Assembly: GCA_050950285.1 (NCBI GenBank)
Contig: JBMNHG010000001.1
Span: forward strand, 1 to 52,886
Direction of reading: 5' to 3'
Source: Kiritimatiellia bacterium
GTDB taxonomy: Bacteria; Verrucomicrobiota; Kiritimatiellia; RFP12; JBMNHG01
DNA length: 52,886 nt
The first letter of the stretch is position 1. Every line of letters begins with the position of its first letter. The notes below the pieces were generated by a model. It saw only the letters and a program-made list of their open reading frames with translations. It had not been told where the DNA came from and did not search any database. Below are positions 18,168 through 26,500 of the stretch, one piece after another. The translations under genes and the position numbers were made by a program.

Positions 18168-18197
18168 AGTATACACGGAGAGGGTCCGAAAAGACAA
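18168..18197 (-). promoter_or_regulatory. Putative sigma70 promoter for the HMA-xerD operon
   Basis: TTGTCT, 18 bp spacer, TATACT on the minus strand. Confidence 0.5.
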
Positions 18198-18258
18198 GGC
18201 GGTTCGTTGTTGCGTTTCGCCCGCCGGGGACGGCGGTCCCCTGGGAGATCGTCCGGGA

Positions 18259-18888
18259 TCAGGAGGTGGCGCTGCCGTCGCCGATTTCCAGGCCCAGGAG
18301 GGCGGCCATGCGGACGAGTTCGGCGACCGAAAGAACGTCGAGCTTGGCCATGACGCTTGCGCGGTGGACCTTGACGGTGGGTTCGCTGATGCGGAGTTCC
18401 AGCGCGATCTGTTTGTTGAGCATCCCGCGCACGACGCGGACGAAGACATCGTGCTCGCGAGGGGTCAGGCGGCGCTCGCGTTCCCGCAGGATGGCCCGTT
18501 CCGCGCGCTTCGCGCGTCCGGCGCGATTCCGGCGCAAGGCTTCGTCCACCGCCTCCCGGAGCAGGGTGGGGGAGGGGGGTGTGTCCAGTACGGAGACGGC
18601 GCCCGCGCGCATCGCGGCGACGACCTCCTCCGTCGCGGGCCCATGTGCGAGGACCACCACCGGCAGCGCGTCGTCCGCAGGGAGCCGCTGGGCGAGGAAA
18701 CGCGGCAGGCCGCATCCTGCCGGGACGCTTTCGCGGTCGAGGAGCAGGCAGGCGGCGGACTCCGGGCGGTCGGCCGTCCACGCCTCGACGGTGGCGTATG
18801 CGCGGACCTTGTGGCCGAAGCGTTCCAGCAGGTCCGCCCATTCCGCCCGGTCGCGTTCTTCCGGCGCAATCAGGGCGATGCGTGGCAC
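18259..18888 (-). CDS. FixJ-like response regulator (degenerate receiver plus LuxR HTH)
   Basis: GTG 18888 with upstream GGAAGGA. LuxR HTH LTPREHDVF...GMLNKQIALELRISEPTVKVHRASVMAKL. Confidence 0.85.
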   Translation of the reverse strand: MPRIALIAPEERDRAEWADLLERFGHKVRAYATVEAWTADRPESAACLLLDRESVPAGCGLPRFLAQRLPADDALPVVVLAHGPATEEVVAAMRAGAVSVLDTPPSPTLLREAVDEALRRNRAGRAKRAERAILRERERRLTPREHDVFVRVVRGMLNKQIALELRISEPTVKVHRASVMAKLDVLSVAELVRMAALLGLEIGDGSATS

Positions 18889-20234
18889 GGGGCGTCCTTC
18901 CTTCCGGCGTCGTCGCGGAGGATGTCCAGGATTTGCGCGGCGCAACGGTCGACGACGCCCTTGCGCGACAGGACGGCGGCGCGCGCCCGTTCCCCGAGGG
19001 CCTTTCGCTCGCCGGGCCGTGCGAGGAGGGTTTCGACCGTCTGGCGGAGGGCGTCGGAATCCGGCACCTGGAGGATGGCCTTCGCGGCGAGCAGGTCGGC
19101 CATCACGGGGCGGAAGTTCTCGGTGTTGGGGCCCACGATGGTGGCGGCGCCGCAGAGGCAGGGTTCGATCATGTTCTGGGCGCCGTGTTCCATGAGGCTC
19201 TTGCCGACGAACACGATGTGCGCGTTGCCGTAGAAGCCCATCATTTCGCCGGTGGTGTCTACCAGCAGCACGGCTTCGGGGCCGGTCGCCTCCGGGTCGT
19301 CTCCGGCATCGAGGCGGCTTTTCCGGACGCAGGCGAAGCCGGCATCGTGGATGGCGGCCTCCACTTCGGCGCCCCGTTCGAAGTGGCGCGGAACCAGTGC
19401 GAGGCGGAGTCCGGGATGGGCGGGGGAGAGTTTCCGATAGATCGCGAGCAGGATCTCCTCTTCGCCGGGCCAGGTGGACCCCCCCAGCAGGAGGGTGAGG
19501 CCTTCGCCGGCGAGGCCGAGGCGGGAGAGGATCGCGGCGGCGGCCGCCTCTTTTGCGGGGGCGCGGTTCGCGACGTCGAACTTGAAGCTGCCGGCGACCT
19601 CCACGGTGTCCGGACGGGCGCCGGCGGCCAGCAAGCGGTCGCGGTCGAGGCCGGATTGCGCCTGGATGAGGCGGAAGGCGCGCAAGGCGGGTCCGAACCA
19701 GATGCGAAGGCGTCGGTACCCGGGCGCGGAACGGTCGGAAACGCGGGCGTTGACGAGGAAAAGCGGCACGCCGCGTTTTGCGGCGGCCCGGATGAGGTTG
19801 GGCCAAAGCTCCGATTCGGTGAGCAGGAAGGCGCGGGGGCGGACCGCATCGAGGGCGGAGCGCACGGCGCCCGGGAGGTCGAGAGGGCAGTAGATCCGTG
19901 CGTCGCGTCCGGTGATCTGTTCTTCGGCCTGCTTCCAGCCGGTGGAGCTGGTGGTGCTGAGCACGAAGCGGACGGAGGGGTCTTTCGCGCGCATGGCGCG
20001 CATCATCTGGCCCGCCACAAACACTTCGCCCACGCTCACGGCGTGGATCCAGACGGGGGCGACGCCCTCCGCATGCAGCGCGTCCAGCTCCTTCCGGTCC
20101 TCCGGGGAGTAGCGGCCGAAGCGTTGTCCGAACTTTTCGCGGTAGCCGCCGCGCTTCCGCATCCGGAGCAGGAAGCGGGGGGCCATGAACAGATAGGCGA
20201 GCGAGAAGAAGAAATTGTAGAAAATCCAGCGCAT
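18870..20234 (-). CDS. waaA: 3-deoxy-D-manno-octulosonic acid (Kdo) transferase
   Basis: VWIHAVSVGE, YCPLD, ESELWPN, VNARVSDRS, GSFKFD, GGSTWPGEE, LVPRHFER, DTTGEM, AQNMIEP. Confidence 0.95.
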   Translation of the reverse strand: MRWIFYNFFFSLAYLFMAPRFLLRMRKRGGYREKFGQRFGRYSPEDRKELDALHAEGVAPVWIHAVSVGEVFVAGQMMRAMRAKDPSVRFVLSTTSSTGWKQAEEQITGRDARIYCPLDLPGAVRSALDAVRPRAFLLTESELWPNLIRAAAKRGVPLFLVNARVSDRSAPGYRRLRIWFGPALRAFRLIQAQSGLDRDRLLAAGARPDTVEVAGSFKFDVANRAPAKEAAAAAILSRLGLAGEGLTLLLGGSTWPGEEEILLAIYRKLSPAHPGLRLALVPRHFERGAEVEAAIHDAGFACVRKSRLDAGDDPEATGPEAVLLVDTTGEMMGFYGNAHIVFVGKSLMEHGAQNMIEPCLCGAATIVGPNTENFRPVMADLLAAKAILQVPDSDALRQTVETLLARPGERKALGERARAAVLSRKGVVDRCAAQILDILRDDAGRKDAPCHASP

Positions 20235-20273
20235 GGGCGACCCCGGGAACGGATGAACGTGGGGATTTCCGGA

Positions 20274-20302
20274 AGGGTAGCAAGTTCGCTCCGAAGGGTC
20301 AA
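20274..20302 (-). promoter_or_regulatory. Putative sigma70 promoter for waaA
   Basis: TTGACC, 17 bp spacer ending in TGc, TACCCT. Confidence 0.55.
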
Positions 20303-20379
20303 ATTCCCCCTGCCGGGAAAAATGCGGCGCCGGCAACGCGGAGGGGCAACGCGAAGCGTCTTGGCCGGAGAAATTTGGA

Positions 20380-20408
20380 TTGCGAGGGGGCCGGTTGCGC
20401 GGTATACT
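20380..20408 (+). promoter_or_regulatory. Putative sigma70 promoter for rpoZ-smpB
   Basis: TTGCGA, 17 bp spacer, TATACT; SD GGAGG at 20426-20430. Confidence 0.65.
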
Positions 20409-20440
20409 CTATCCTTCAACCTTTTGGAGGTACTGCCCAC

Positions 20441-20695
20441 GTGAACGTCGAATTTCTTGAAAAGGCCCGCGAGCGCATCGGCAGCGTGCCCGTGCTTGTG
20501 AACATGATTTCGAAGCGGGTCAAGCAGCTCAATGCGGGGTCCCGGCCGCTGCTCAAGCCGCTTTCCCCGGACGAGGACAAGATGGACATCGCCCTTCGCG
20601 AGATCGCGGAAGGGCTGCTCGTCTCCGAAATCGACTTCGATGCCGTTGCGCGCCAGGAGAAGGCGCAAAGACGCTACAGCAGCGACCCGTTCTGA
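20441..20695 (+). CDS. rpoZ: RNA polymerase omega subunit
   Basis: GTG start after GGAGG. LVNMISKRVKQL...DIALREIAEG is the omega signature. Confidence 0.9.
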   Translation: MNVEFLEKARERIGSVPVLVNMISKRVKQLNAGSRPLLKPLSPDEDKMDIALREIAEGLLVSEIDFDAVARQEKAQRRYSSDPF

Positions 20696-20797
20696 TCCGG
20701 CCGGACGCCGGCGGAATCCCTTTCCCGTTTCCCGACGCCGCGCCGGCCCTGCTTCGATCGCGGCGTCTTTTGTTTTCCCTTTCGGCCCCACCTCGAC

Positions 20798-21283
20798 ATG
20801 GCTTCCACCTCCAAAGCCCGCAAGGGCGGGAATCTTGCGACGAACCGCAGGGCGTCGCACGACTACACCGTCCTGGAGAGGTTCGAGGCGGGAATCGCCT
20901 TGCAGGGCACGGAGATCAAGGTGGTGCGCAACGGCGAGGCCGGGCTGGCGGGTTCGTACGTGCAGGTGGATCCGCAGGGCAGCGCCTGGGTGCACCAGAT
21001 GACCATTCCGCCCTACGCCTTCGGGAACCGGTTCAACCACGACCAACTGCGTTCGCGCCGCCTGCTCCTCCACCGCCGCGAGATCCAACGCCTGCGCACC
21101 GCCCAGGAGCAGAAAGGCTGTACCATCATCCCCCTTCGCCTCTATCTCACGCCGCGCGGCCGCGTGAAGATGGAGATCGGCATTTGCCGAGGCAAGAACG
21201 TGGCCGACAAGCGCGAGACCCTTCGCCGGAAAGACGCCGACCGCGAAGCCCGCCGCGCCATGGCCGCCCACGGCCTCGATTGA
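20798..21283 (+). CDS. smpB: SsrA-binding protein
   Basis: LATNRRASHDY...FEAGIALQGTEIK, RRLLLHRREI, TIIPLRLY, GKNVADKRETL. Confidence 0.97.
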   Translation: MASTSKARKGGNLATNRRASHDYTVLERFEAGIALQGTEIKVVRNGEAGLAGSYVQVDPQGSAWVHQMTIPPYAFGNRFNHDQLRSRRLLLHRREIQRLRTAQEQKGCTIIPLRLYLTPRGRVKMEIGICRGKNVADKRETLRRKDADREARRAMAAHGLD

Positions 21284-21351
21284 CGCGCCGCGCGCGCCGT
21301 TTCTTCCGTCCATCCGCATGTCCGTCCACCCACATTGACAAGGAGGTTTCC

Positions 21352-21804
21352 ATGACCATCACCGATCTCGCGCAGATTCCCGGATCGTTTTATCCGGCCC
21401 GCCGCCGAACCCAGAACGTCGTGGGCGGCGCCGCCCCCATCCAGGCCACCCATTTCAGCATTGGCCTGGTGACCCTCGAACCGCGGGGCGGCCAGGTCCC
21501 GTGGCACAACCAGGAGCAGGAGGAGGTCTACCTCGTGCTCGAAGGCGTCGCGGAAATGTGCCTGGGCGACGAAGTGTCCGAGCTGCGTCCCGGCATGGCC
21601 GTGTACATCCCCAGCAAGGTCTTCCACCAGATCTCCAACAAGGGCGACACGCCGCTCCGCATGATTTACACCTACGGCCCCGCCGGCAACGTCGACCATT
21701 GGAAACAGGAACTGGCCGGCACGCTTCCCAAGGCCGGCGTCGACGCCCCCCCCCTGCCGAAGGGCGCCTGCTTCCCGCAACATACCGACAAGCCGAAGGC
21801 GTAG
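21352..21804 (+). CDS. Cupin-domain protein
   Basis: SD AAGGAGG. VPWHNQEQEEVYLVLEG...LRPGMAVYIPSKVFHQISN. Confidence 0.85.
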   Translation: MTITDLAQIPGSFYPARRRTQNVVGGAAPIQATHFSIGLVTLEPRGGQVPWHNQEQEEVYLVLEGVAEMCLGDEVSELRPGMAVYIPSKVFHQISNKGDTPLRMIYTYGPAGNVDHWKQELAGTLPKAGVDAPPLPKGACFPQHTDKPKA

Positions 21805-21853
21805 GCTGCACCGGCCCCTTCCTTCCTCCCCGTCCCAACGAAAGATCCCCCTC

Positions 21854-23017
21854 ATGAAAAAGAAACCCGTCGTCCACAAAATCGGCATCATCCTGAACGG
21901 CGTCACCGGGCGCATGGGCACGAACCAGCACCTGATGCGGTCGATTGTCCCCATCCTCCGCCAAGGCGGCGTGAAGGTCTCGCCCACCGAGGCCATCCTG
22001 CCCGATCCCATCCTCGTGGGGCGCAACCCGCTCAAGCTCGAGAAGCTTGCCGCCGCCTCCGGCATCGAAAAGTGGACCACCGACCTCGCCTCCGTGCTGA
22101 AGGACCCGGACTATCCCGTCTACTTCGACTCCCAGGGGACGAACCTCCGCGTGGCCGCCGTGAAGAAGGCCATCGCCGCCGGGAAGCACGTCTACTGCGA
22201 AAAACCCACCGCCACCAGCACCCGGGACGCCTACGAACTCTACAAGCTCGCGAAAAAGGCGGGCGTGAAGAACGGCGTGGTGCAGGACAAGCTCTGGCTT
22301 CCGGGCTTCCTCAAGCTCAAGTCCCTGATCGACCGCGGCTTCTTCGGCGAGATCCTCTCCGTGAAGGGCGAGTTCGGCTACTGGGTCTTCGAGGGCGACA
22401 CCATCCCCGCGCAGCGGCCCTCCTGGAACTACCGCAAGGAAGAGGGCGGCGGCATGGCGATCGACATGCTCTGCCACTGGCGCTACCTCATCGACAACGT
22501 CTTCGGCCCCGTGAAGTCCGTCTCCTGCACGACCGCCACGCACATCCGGAAGCGCTACGACGAGCGGGGCAAGCCCTACACGTGCACGGCGGACGACGCC
22601 GCCTACTCGACCTTCGAGCTCGAGAACGGCGTGATCGTGCACTTCAACTCCTCGTGGTGCACGCGCGTGCGCCGCGACGACCTGCTCACCGTCCAGGTGG
22701 ACGGCACCGAAGGGTCCGCCGTCGCCACCCTGCGCGACGTCTACCTCCAGCCCTACGGCGCCACGCCGCGCCCGATCTGGAATCCGGACATCCCGCAGCC
22801 GATCAACTTCTTCGACGGCTGGCAGAAGATGCCCGAACAGCGCGACTACGACAATGCCTTCAAGGTGCAATGGGAACTCTTCCTCCGCCACGTCGCGCTG
22901 GACGAGCCCTTCCGCTGGACGCTCCTCGAGGGCGCCAAGGGCGTGCAGCTCGCCGAAAAGGGCCTCGAATCCGCCCGGAAGCGGGCCTGGGTGAACCTTC
23001 CCAAGCTCGCCGAATAG
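21854..23017 (+). CDS. Gfo/Idh/MocA-family oxidoreductase
   Basis: IGIILNGVTGRMG, AGKHVYCEKP, VVQDKLWLPG, GGGMAIDMLCHW. Confidence 0.92.
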   Translation: MKKKPVVHKIGIILNGVTGRMGTNQHLMRSIVPILRQGGVKVSPTEAILPDPILVGRNPLKLEKLAAASGIEKWTTDLASVLKDPDYPVYFDSQGTNLRVAAVKKAIAAGKHVYCEKPTATSTRDAYELYKLAKKAGVKNGVVQDKLWLPGFLKLKSLIDRGFFGEILSVKGEFGYWVFEGDTIPAQRPSWNYRKEEGGGMAIDMLCHWRYLIDNVFGPVKSVSCTTATHIRKRYDERGKPYTCTADDAAYSTFELENGVIVHFNSSWCTRVRRDDLLTVQVDGTEGSAVATLRDVYLQPYGATPRPIWNPDIPQPINFFDGWQKMPEQRDYDNAFKVQWELFLRHVALDEPFRWTLLEGAKGVQLAEKGLESARKRAWVNLPKLAE

Positions 23018-23053
23018 CCCCTTCCACCCTCCGCTCCGCCGCCAGGTGACGCG

Positions 23054-24505
23054 ATGAAACTGCTGGTTGGATACCCCCCGCTCCCCTCCGAAAAGGGCGT
23101 GCCGCTGCTTTCGCAGAACCGGCAGTTCCAGTGGTTCAACCGTCCCACCTTCATCTACCCCGTGGTCCCCGCCTGCGCCGCCACGATGGCGCGCGACGAC
23201 GGGCACGAAGTCTGCTGGCTCGACGGCATCGCCGAGGGGCTCCCGCCCGCGGAGTTCGACGCCCGGCTTGACGCCTTCGCGCCCGACGTGGCGGTGTTCG
23301 AGACGAAGACCCCCGTGGTGCGCCGGCATTGGGAGATCGTGAAGGCCCTCAAGGCGCGCCGCCCCTCCACGCGCGTCGTGCTCGTGGGCGACCACGTCAC
23401 CGCGCTTCCCGCCGAGACGATGGCGGCCTGCCCCGTGGATTTCATCCTCACGGGAGGCGACTGGGACTTCCTCCTTCGCAACCTGCTGCGACACCTGCGC
23501 GACGGCGCGCCGCTCGAGCCCGGCATCTGGCGTCGCGACACCTCCGGGGAGCCCGTGGACGGCGGCGCCTTCCGGCTCGACCACGACCTGCGCACCCTGC
23601 CCCGCATCGACCGCGACCTCACCCAGTGGAAGCGCTACAGCGTGCACAACGGGAACTTCCGCCGTACGCCCGGCGCCTACGTGATGGCCGGGCGAGACTG
23701 CTGGCACGGCCGCTGCACCTTCTGCTCGTGGACCACCCTCTACCCGAAGTACCGAACCCGCGAGCCTGCCGACGTGGTGGACGAAATCGCCGGACTCGTC
23801 GAACGCTACGGCGTGCGCGAGGTGATGGACGACACCGGCTGCTTCCCCGTGGGCGACTGGCTGCACGAATTCTGCCGCCTGATGATCGAGCGCAAGCTGA
23901 ACCGGCGCGTGAGCATCGACTGCAACATGCGCTTCGGCGCCCTCTCCGCCGACGAATACCGCATGATGCGCCGCGCGGGCTTCCGCTTCGTGCTCTTCGG
24001 CCTCGAATCCGCCAACCAGGCCACGCTCGACCGTCTCCGCAAGAACCTCCGCGTCGAGCAGATCGTCGAAGGCGCCCGCGACGCCGCCGCCGCCGGACTC
24101 GACGTGCACGTGACCGTGATGCTCGGCTTCCCGTGGGAGGGCGGGGAGGAAATCGCGAAGACCGTCGCACTCGCCCGCCAGCTGCTCGTCCGCGGCCACG
24201 CGTACACGCTGCAGGTGACCCTGGCCATCCCGTATCCCGGCACGCCGCTCTTCCGCGAGTGCGACGAGAAGGGCTGGCTCCTCACCCGCGACTGGGACGA
24301 CTTCGACATGCGCGGCGCCGTGATGCGTTCGCCCGTGGACGAAGGCCGCACCAAGGCCGCCATCCGCGACATCTACCGCGCCTTCTTCCACCCGCGCGCC
24401 CTGTGGAACCGCCTCCTCCACACGCGCCATCCCATCGACGACGCGAAGTTCTACCTGCGCGGCCTCCTCTCCCTGGTGGGCCACCTCCGCGATTTCCGCG
24501 GGTAA
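23054..24505 (+). CDS. B12-binding-domain radical SAM protein
   Basis: N-terminal cobalamin-binding-like domain (VVLVGDHVT); cluster motif CWHGRCTFC (CX4CX2C); FGLESANQ; MLGFPWE; IPYPGTPLF. Confidence 0.9.
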   Translation: MKLLVGYPPLPSEKGVPLLSQNRQFQWFNRPTFIYPVVPACAATMARDDGHEVCWLDGIAEGLPPAEFDARLDAFAPDVAVFETKTPVVRRHWEIVKALKARRPSTRVVLVGDHVTALPAETMAACPVDFILTGGDWDFLLRNLLRHLRDGAPLEPGIWRRDTSGEPVDGGAFRLDHDLRTLPRIDRDLTQWKRYSVHNGNFRRTPGAYVMAGRDCWHGRCTFCSWTTLYPKYRTREPADVVDEIAGLVERYGVREVMDDTGCFPVGDWLHEFCRLMIERKLNRRVSIDCNMRFGALSADEYRMMRRAGFRFVLFGLESANQATLDRLRKNLRVEQIVEGARDAAAAGLDVHVTVMLGFPWEGGEEIAKTVALARQLLVRGHAYTLQVTLAIPYPGTPLFRECDEKGWLLTRDWDDFDMRGAVMRSPVDEGRTKAAIRDIYRAFFHPRALWNRLLHTRHPIDDAKFYLRGLLSLVGHLRDFRG

Positions 24506-24513
24506 GGTTGCTG

Positions 24514-24542
24514 TTGACGGGGATAATCCCGTTTGGTACTAT
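24514..24542 (+). promoter_or_regulatory. Sigma70 promoter with overlapping palindrome upstream of marR-1
   Basis: TTGACG, 17 bp spacer, TACTAT (TG-extended); GGGAT-A-ATCCC inverted repeat in the spacer. Confidence 0.65.
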
Positions 24543-24577
24543 CCGCGCTCGAACCTTCCGGAAGAGGAGGCATGCCG

Positions 24578-25084
24578 ATGGATGGAACCTACAATCTGGA
24601 ATCGCCCGGACACAGGAAGCGGTTGCGCGAGGTGATGGCGCAAAGCAAGCTTTCGGTCCTGCGCATCGTCAGCGACGCCCTCGTCGACCACGTCCGCAAG
24701 ACCAGCGGCCTCACCAGCCCGATGGCCTTCGTCCTCGTCCATCTTCTTTTCCACCCGGACGACTACGAGCCGGCCCAAATCGCCGATGGCACGATGGTGC
24801 CGCGCCAGACGATGACGTCCGTTCTCGACGCCCTCGAGAAGGCGGGGTTCGCCGTTCGCAAGGACCACCCGACCGACCGCCGCAAGAAGAAGGTCGTGCT
24901 GACCGGCAGAGGCGTCTCCAAAGCCTTCTCCATCCTCGACGAACTCCGGAAGTTCGAAGCCGATCTCATCGCCGACCTCACCCCGGAGGAGACGGAAGCC
25001 TACGCGCATTTCATGTCCAAAATTCTCGCGCGCCTCTCGAAGAGGGGCGACGGTGTCTATGGAAAGCAGGAGGTACTCGAATGA
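24578..25084 (+). CDS. MarR-family transcriptional regulator (copy 1)
   Basis: SD GAGGAGG. EPAQIADGTMVPRQTMTSVLDALEKAG...HPTDRRKKKVVLTGRG. Confidence 0.9.
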   Translation: MDGTYNLESPGHRKRLREVMAQSKLSVLRIVSDALVDHVRKTSGLTSPMAFVLVHLLFHPDDYEPAQIADGTMVPRQTMTSVLDALEKAGFAVRKDHPTDRRKKKVVLTGRGVSKAFSILDELRKFEADLIADLTPEETEAYAHFMSKILARLSKRGDGVYGKQEVLE

Positions 25085-25632
25085 AAAATACCTTTTTTGA
25101 CTGCAAGGCGTGGACTTGCCTGGGCGTCCTGGCGTCCTGCGTCCTTCCCCTGGTGACGGGATGCATCACGTACGATGAGGGATACGGATACCATGGCGAT
25201 GGATACGGAGGATACGGATACTACGGCGACACCGGCTACTCGCGCTCCGAATACCGCAACCATCCCGCGTATGGACGCCCGCCTCCGCCGCACAGGGACG
25301 ACCGTTACGATCCCCAGTATCGGCCCGAGCGGCGCGACGACGGCGGGCGCCGGGGCGGGAAGGGCTTCGTTGCCACCCTCACCGCGCGCGGCAAGGCCAA
25401 GGAGGTGGCCGTCAACCGCACGATTTCCCACATCGTCATCGAGGCGAACTCCGGGAACGTGATCATCAACACCGTCGTCATCCGCGAAGGAAGCGAAAAA
25501 GACGCGCGTCCGCAGGCCGTCCGCCTTTCCGCCGGAGAGAGGCATGTGATTGTCCTCGGCGGCAGGCGGCATGTCACGGGGCTGCGCATTTCCGACTCCG
25601 GCGGCGGAAACTACTCCGTGTATGTCCGCTGA
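25081..25632 (+). CDS. Hypothetical lipoprotein with a Gly/Tyr-rich low-complexity segment and a C-terminal beta domain
   Basis: ATGA overlap with marR-1; lipobox VTGC; YDEGYGYHGDGYGGYGYYGDTGY then a Pro/Arg linker. Confidence 0.7.
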   Translation: MKNTFFDCKAWTCLGVLASCVLPLVTGCITYDEGYGYHGDGYGGYGYYGDTGYSRSEYRNHPAYGRPPPPHRDDRYDPQYRPERRDDGGRRGGKGFVATLTARGKAKEVAVNRTISHIVIEANSGNVIINTVVIREGSEKDARPQAVRLSAGERHVIVLGGRRHVTGLRISDSGGGNYSVYVR

Positions 25633-25807
25633 CGCGGAAGGCGCGGCCACGACGCGTCCATCCGGAACGAGGCATCGGTTTTGGGAAGGCGAAACGAGTT
25701 GGCAAGAGCATTTCAGAACAGCATCCTTCGCGCCCGCCGCGTAGCCGCCGCCCCATCCCGCACGCGGCGGGAACGCCGCGTCTATCATCACGCCTTTTAC
25801 ACTCTCC

Positions 25808-25832
25808 GATCATACGACCGGGCCGTATGATC
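25808..25832. promoter_or_regulatory. Perfect 9-bp inverted repeat (operator or hairpin)
   Basis: GATCATACG-accgggc-CGTATGATC. Confidence 0.45.
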
Positions 25833-25949
25833 AACATGTGGGCGAGATAGAGGGCAGGTATAGGCGACTGGTCGGCACAGCACCCCGCGTGCGGTTTCCC
25901 TTGGCGCCCCCGGCGTTTTGGCGGTTCAAATTGAAAACGATCATGGCGC

Positions 25950-25978
25950 TTGACGAAAGTAGTCCAGTTTCGTAATAT
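25950..25978 (+). promoter_or_regulatory. Sigma70 promoter with palindrome upstream of marR-2 and the RND operon
   Basis: TTGACG, 17 bp spacer, TAATAT; inverted repeat ACGAAA-N9-TTTCGT. Confidence 0.65.
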
Positions 25979-26022
25979 CCCGCCTCGAACTAACCCGGAG
26001 CGATGTAGAATGCCCACGGATA

Positions 26023-26491
26023 ATGAGCCCACATCCAGAGCCGCCAGACGTGCCGCCCTTGGCCAGCCTGCTGCCCGTCTGGCGCCGCATCCAGCAGGCG
26101 ATGGCGCAGCGTCTTTCGAGCCATGGCGTGCCGCTCTCGCTCGGCGGTGGCACTGCTCTATCTGAATGCGCATGAAGAGGAGTACGAGCCCGCACAACTC
26201 GCCGACAAGCTACTGGTGCCGCGCCAGACGACGACCTTTATTCTCGACTCCCTCGAAAGCAAGCGACTGGCACGCCGCCGCCCCCACCCCGTTGACCGGC
26301 GCCGCAAGGTGATCCAGCTTACCGCCAGGGGCCGGCAACAGGCACAGCTCATCCGCGACGATCTGCTGGCCTACGAGACCAGCGCCGCGAACATGATCTT
26401 TTCGCCGGACGAGGCCGCCAGCTTCCGTAATACCGTAACGCGGCTGGCCGATGCCCTGGAAGAGTTGAACCGTTCCATACCTACCGCCTAG
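26023..26491 (+). pseudogene. MarR-family regulator (copy 2), one frameshift near 26140 (error or pseudogene)
   Basis: MSPHPEPPDVPPLASLLPVWRRIQQAMAQRLSSHGVPLS in one frame continues as AVALLYLNAHEEEYEPAQLADKLLVPRQTTTFILDSLE...HPVDRRRK in another. Confidence 0.8.
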
Positions 26492-26500
26492 GAACCGCCC

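Noticed and set aside
23699..23725. CX4CX2C radical SAM motif as a novelty
   Set aside because: This spacing variant is common among B12-binding radical SAM proteins, and no RiPP precursor is evident nearby.
25633..26022. attL/attR duplicate of the tmRNA 3' end at the left edge of the efflux cluster
   Set aside because: No copy of TGGTGGAGGCGG or the T-arm sequence was found by eye.
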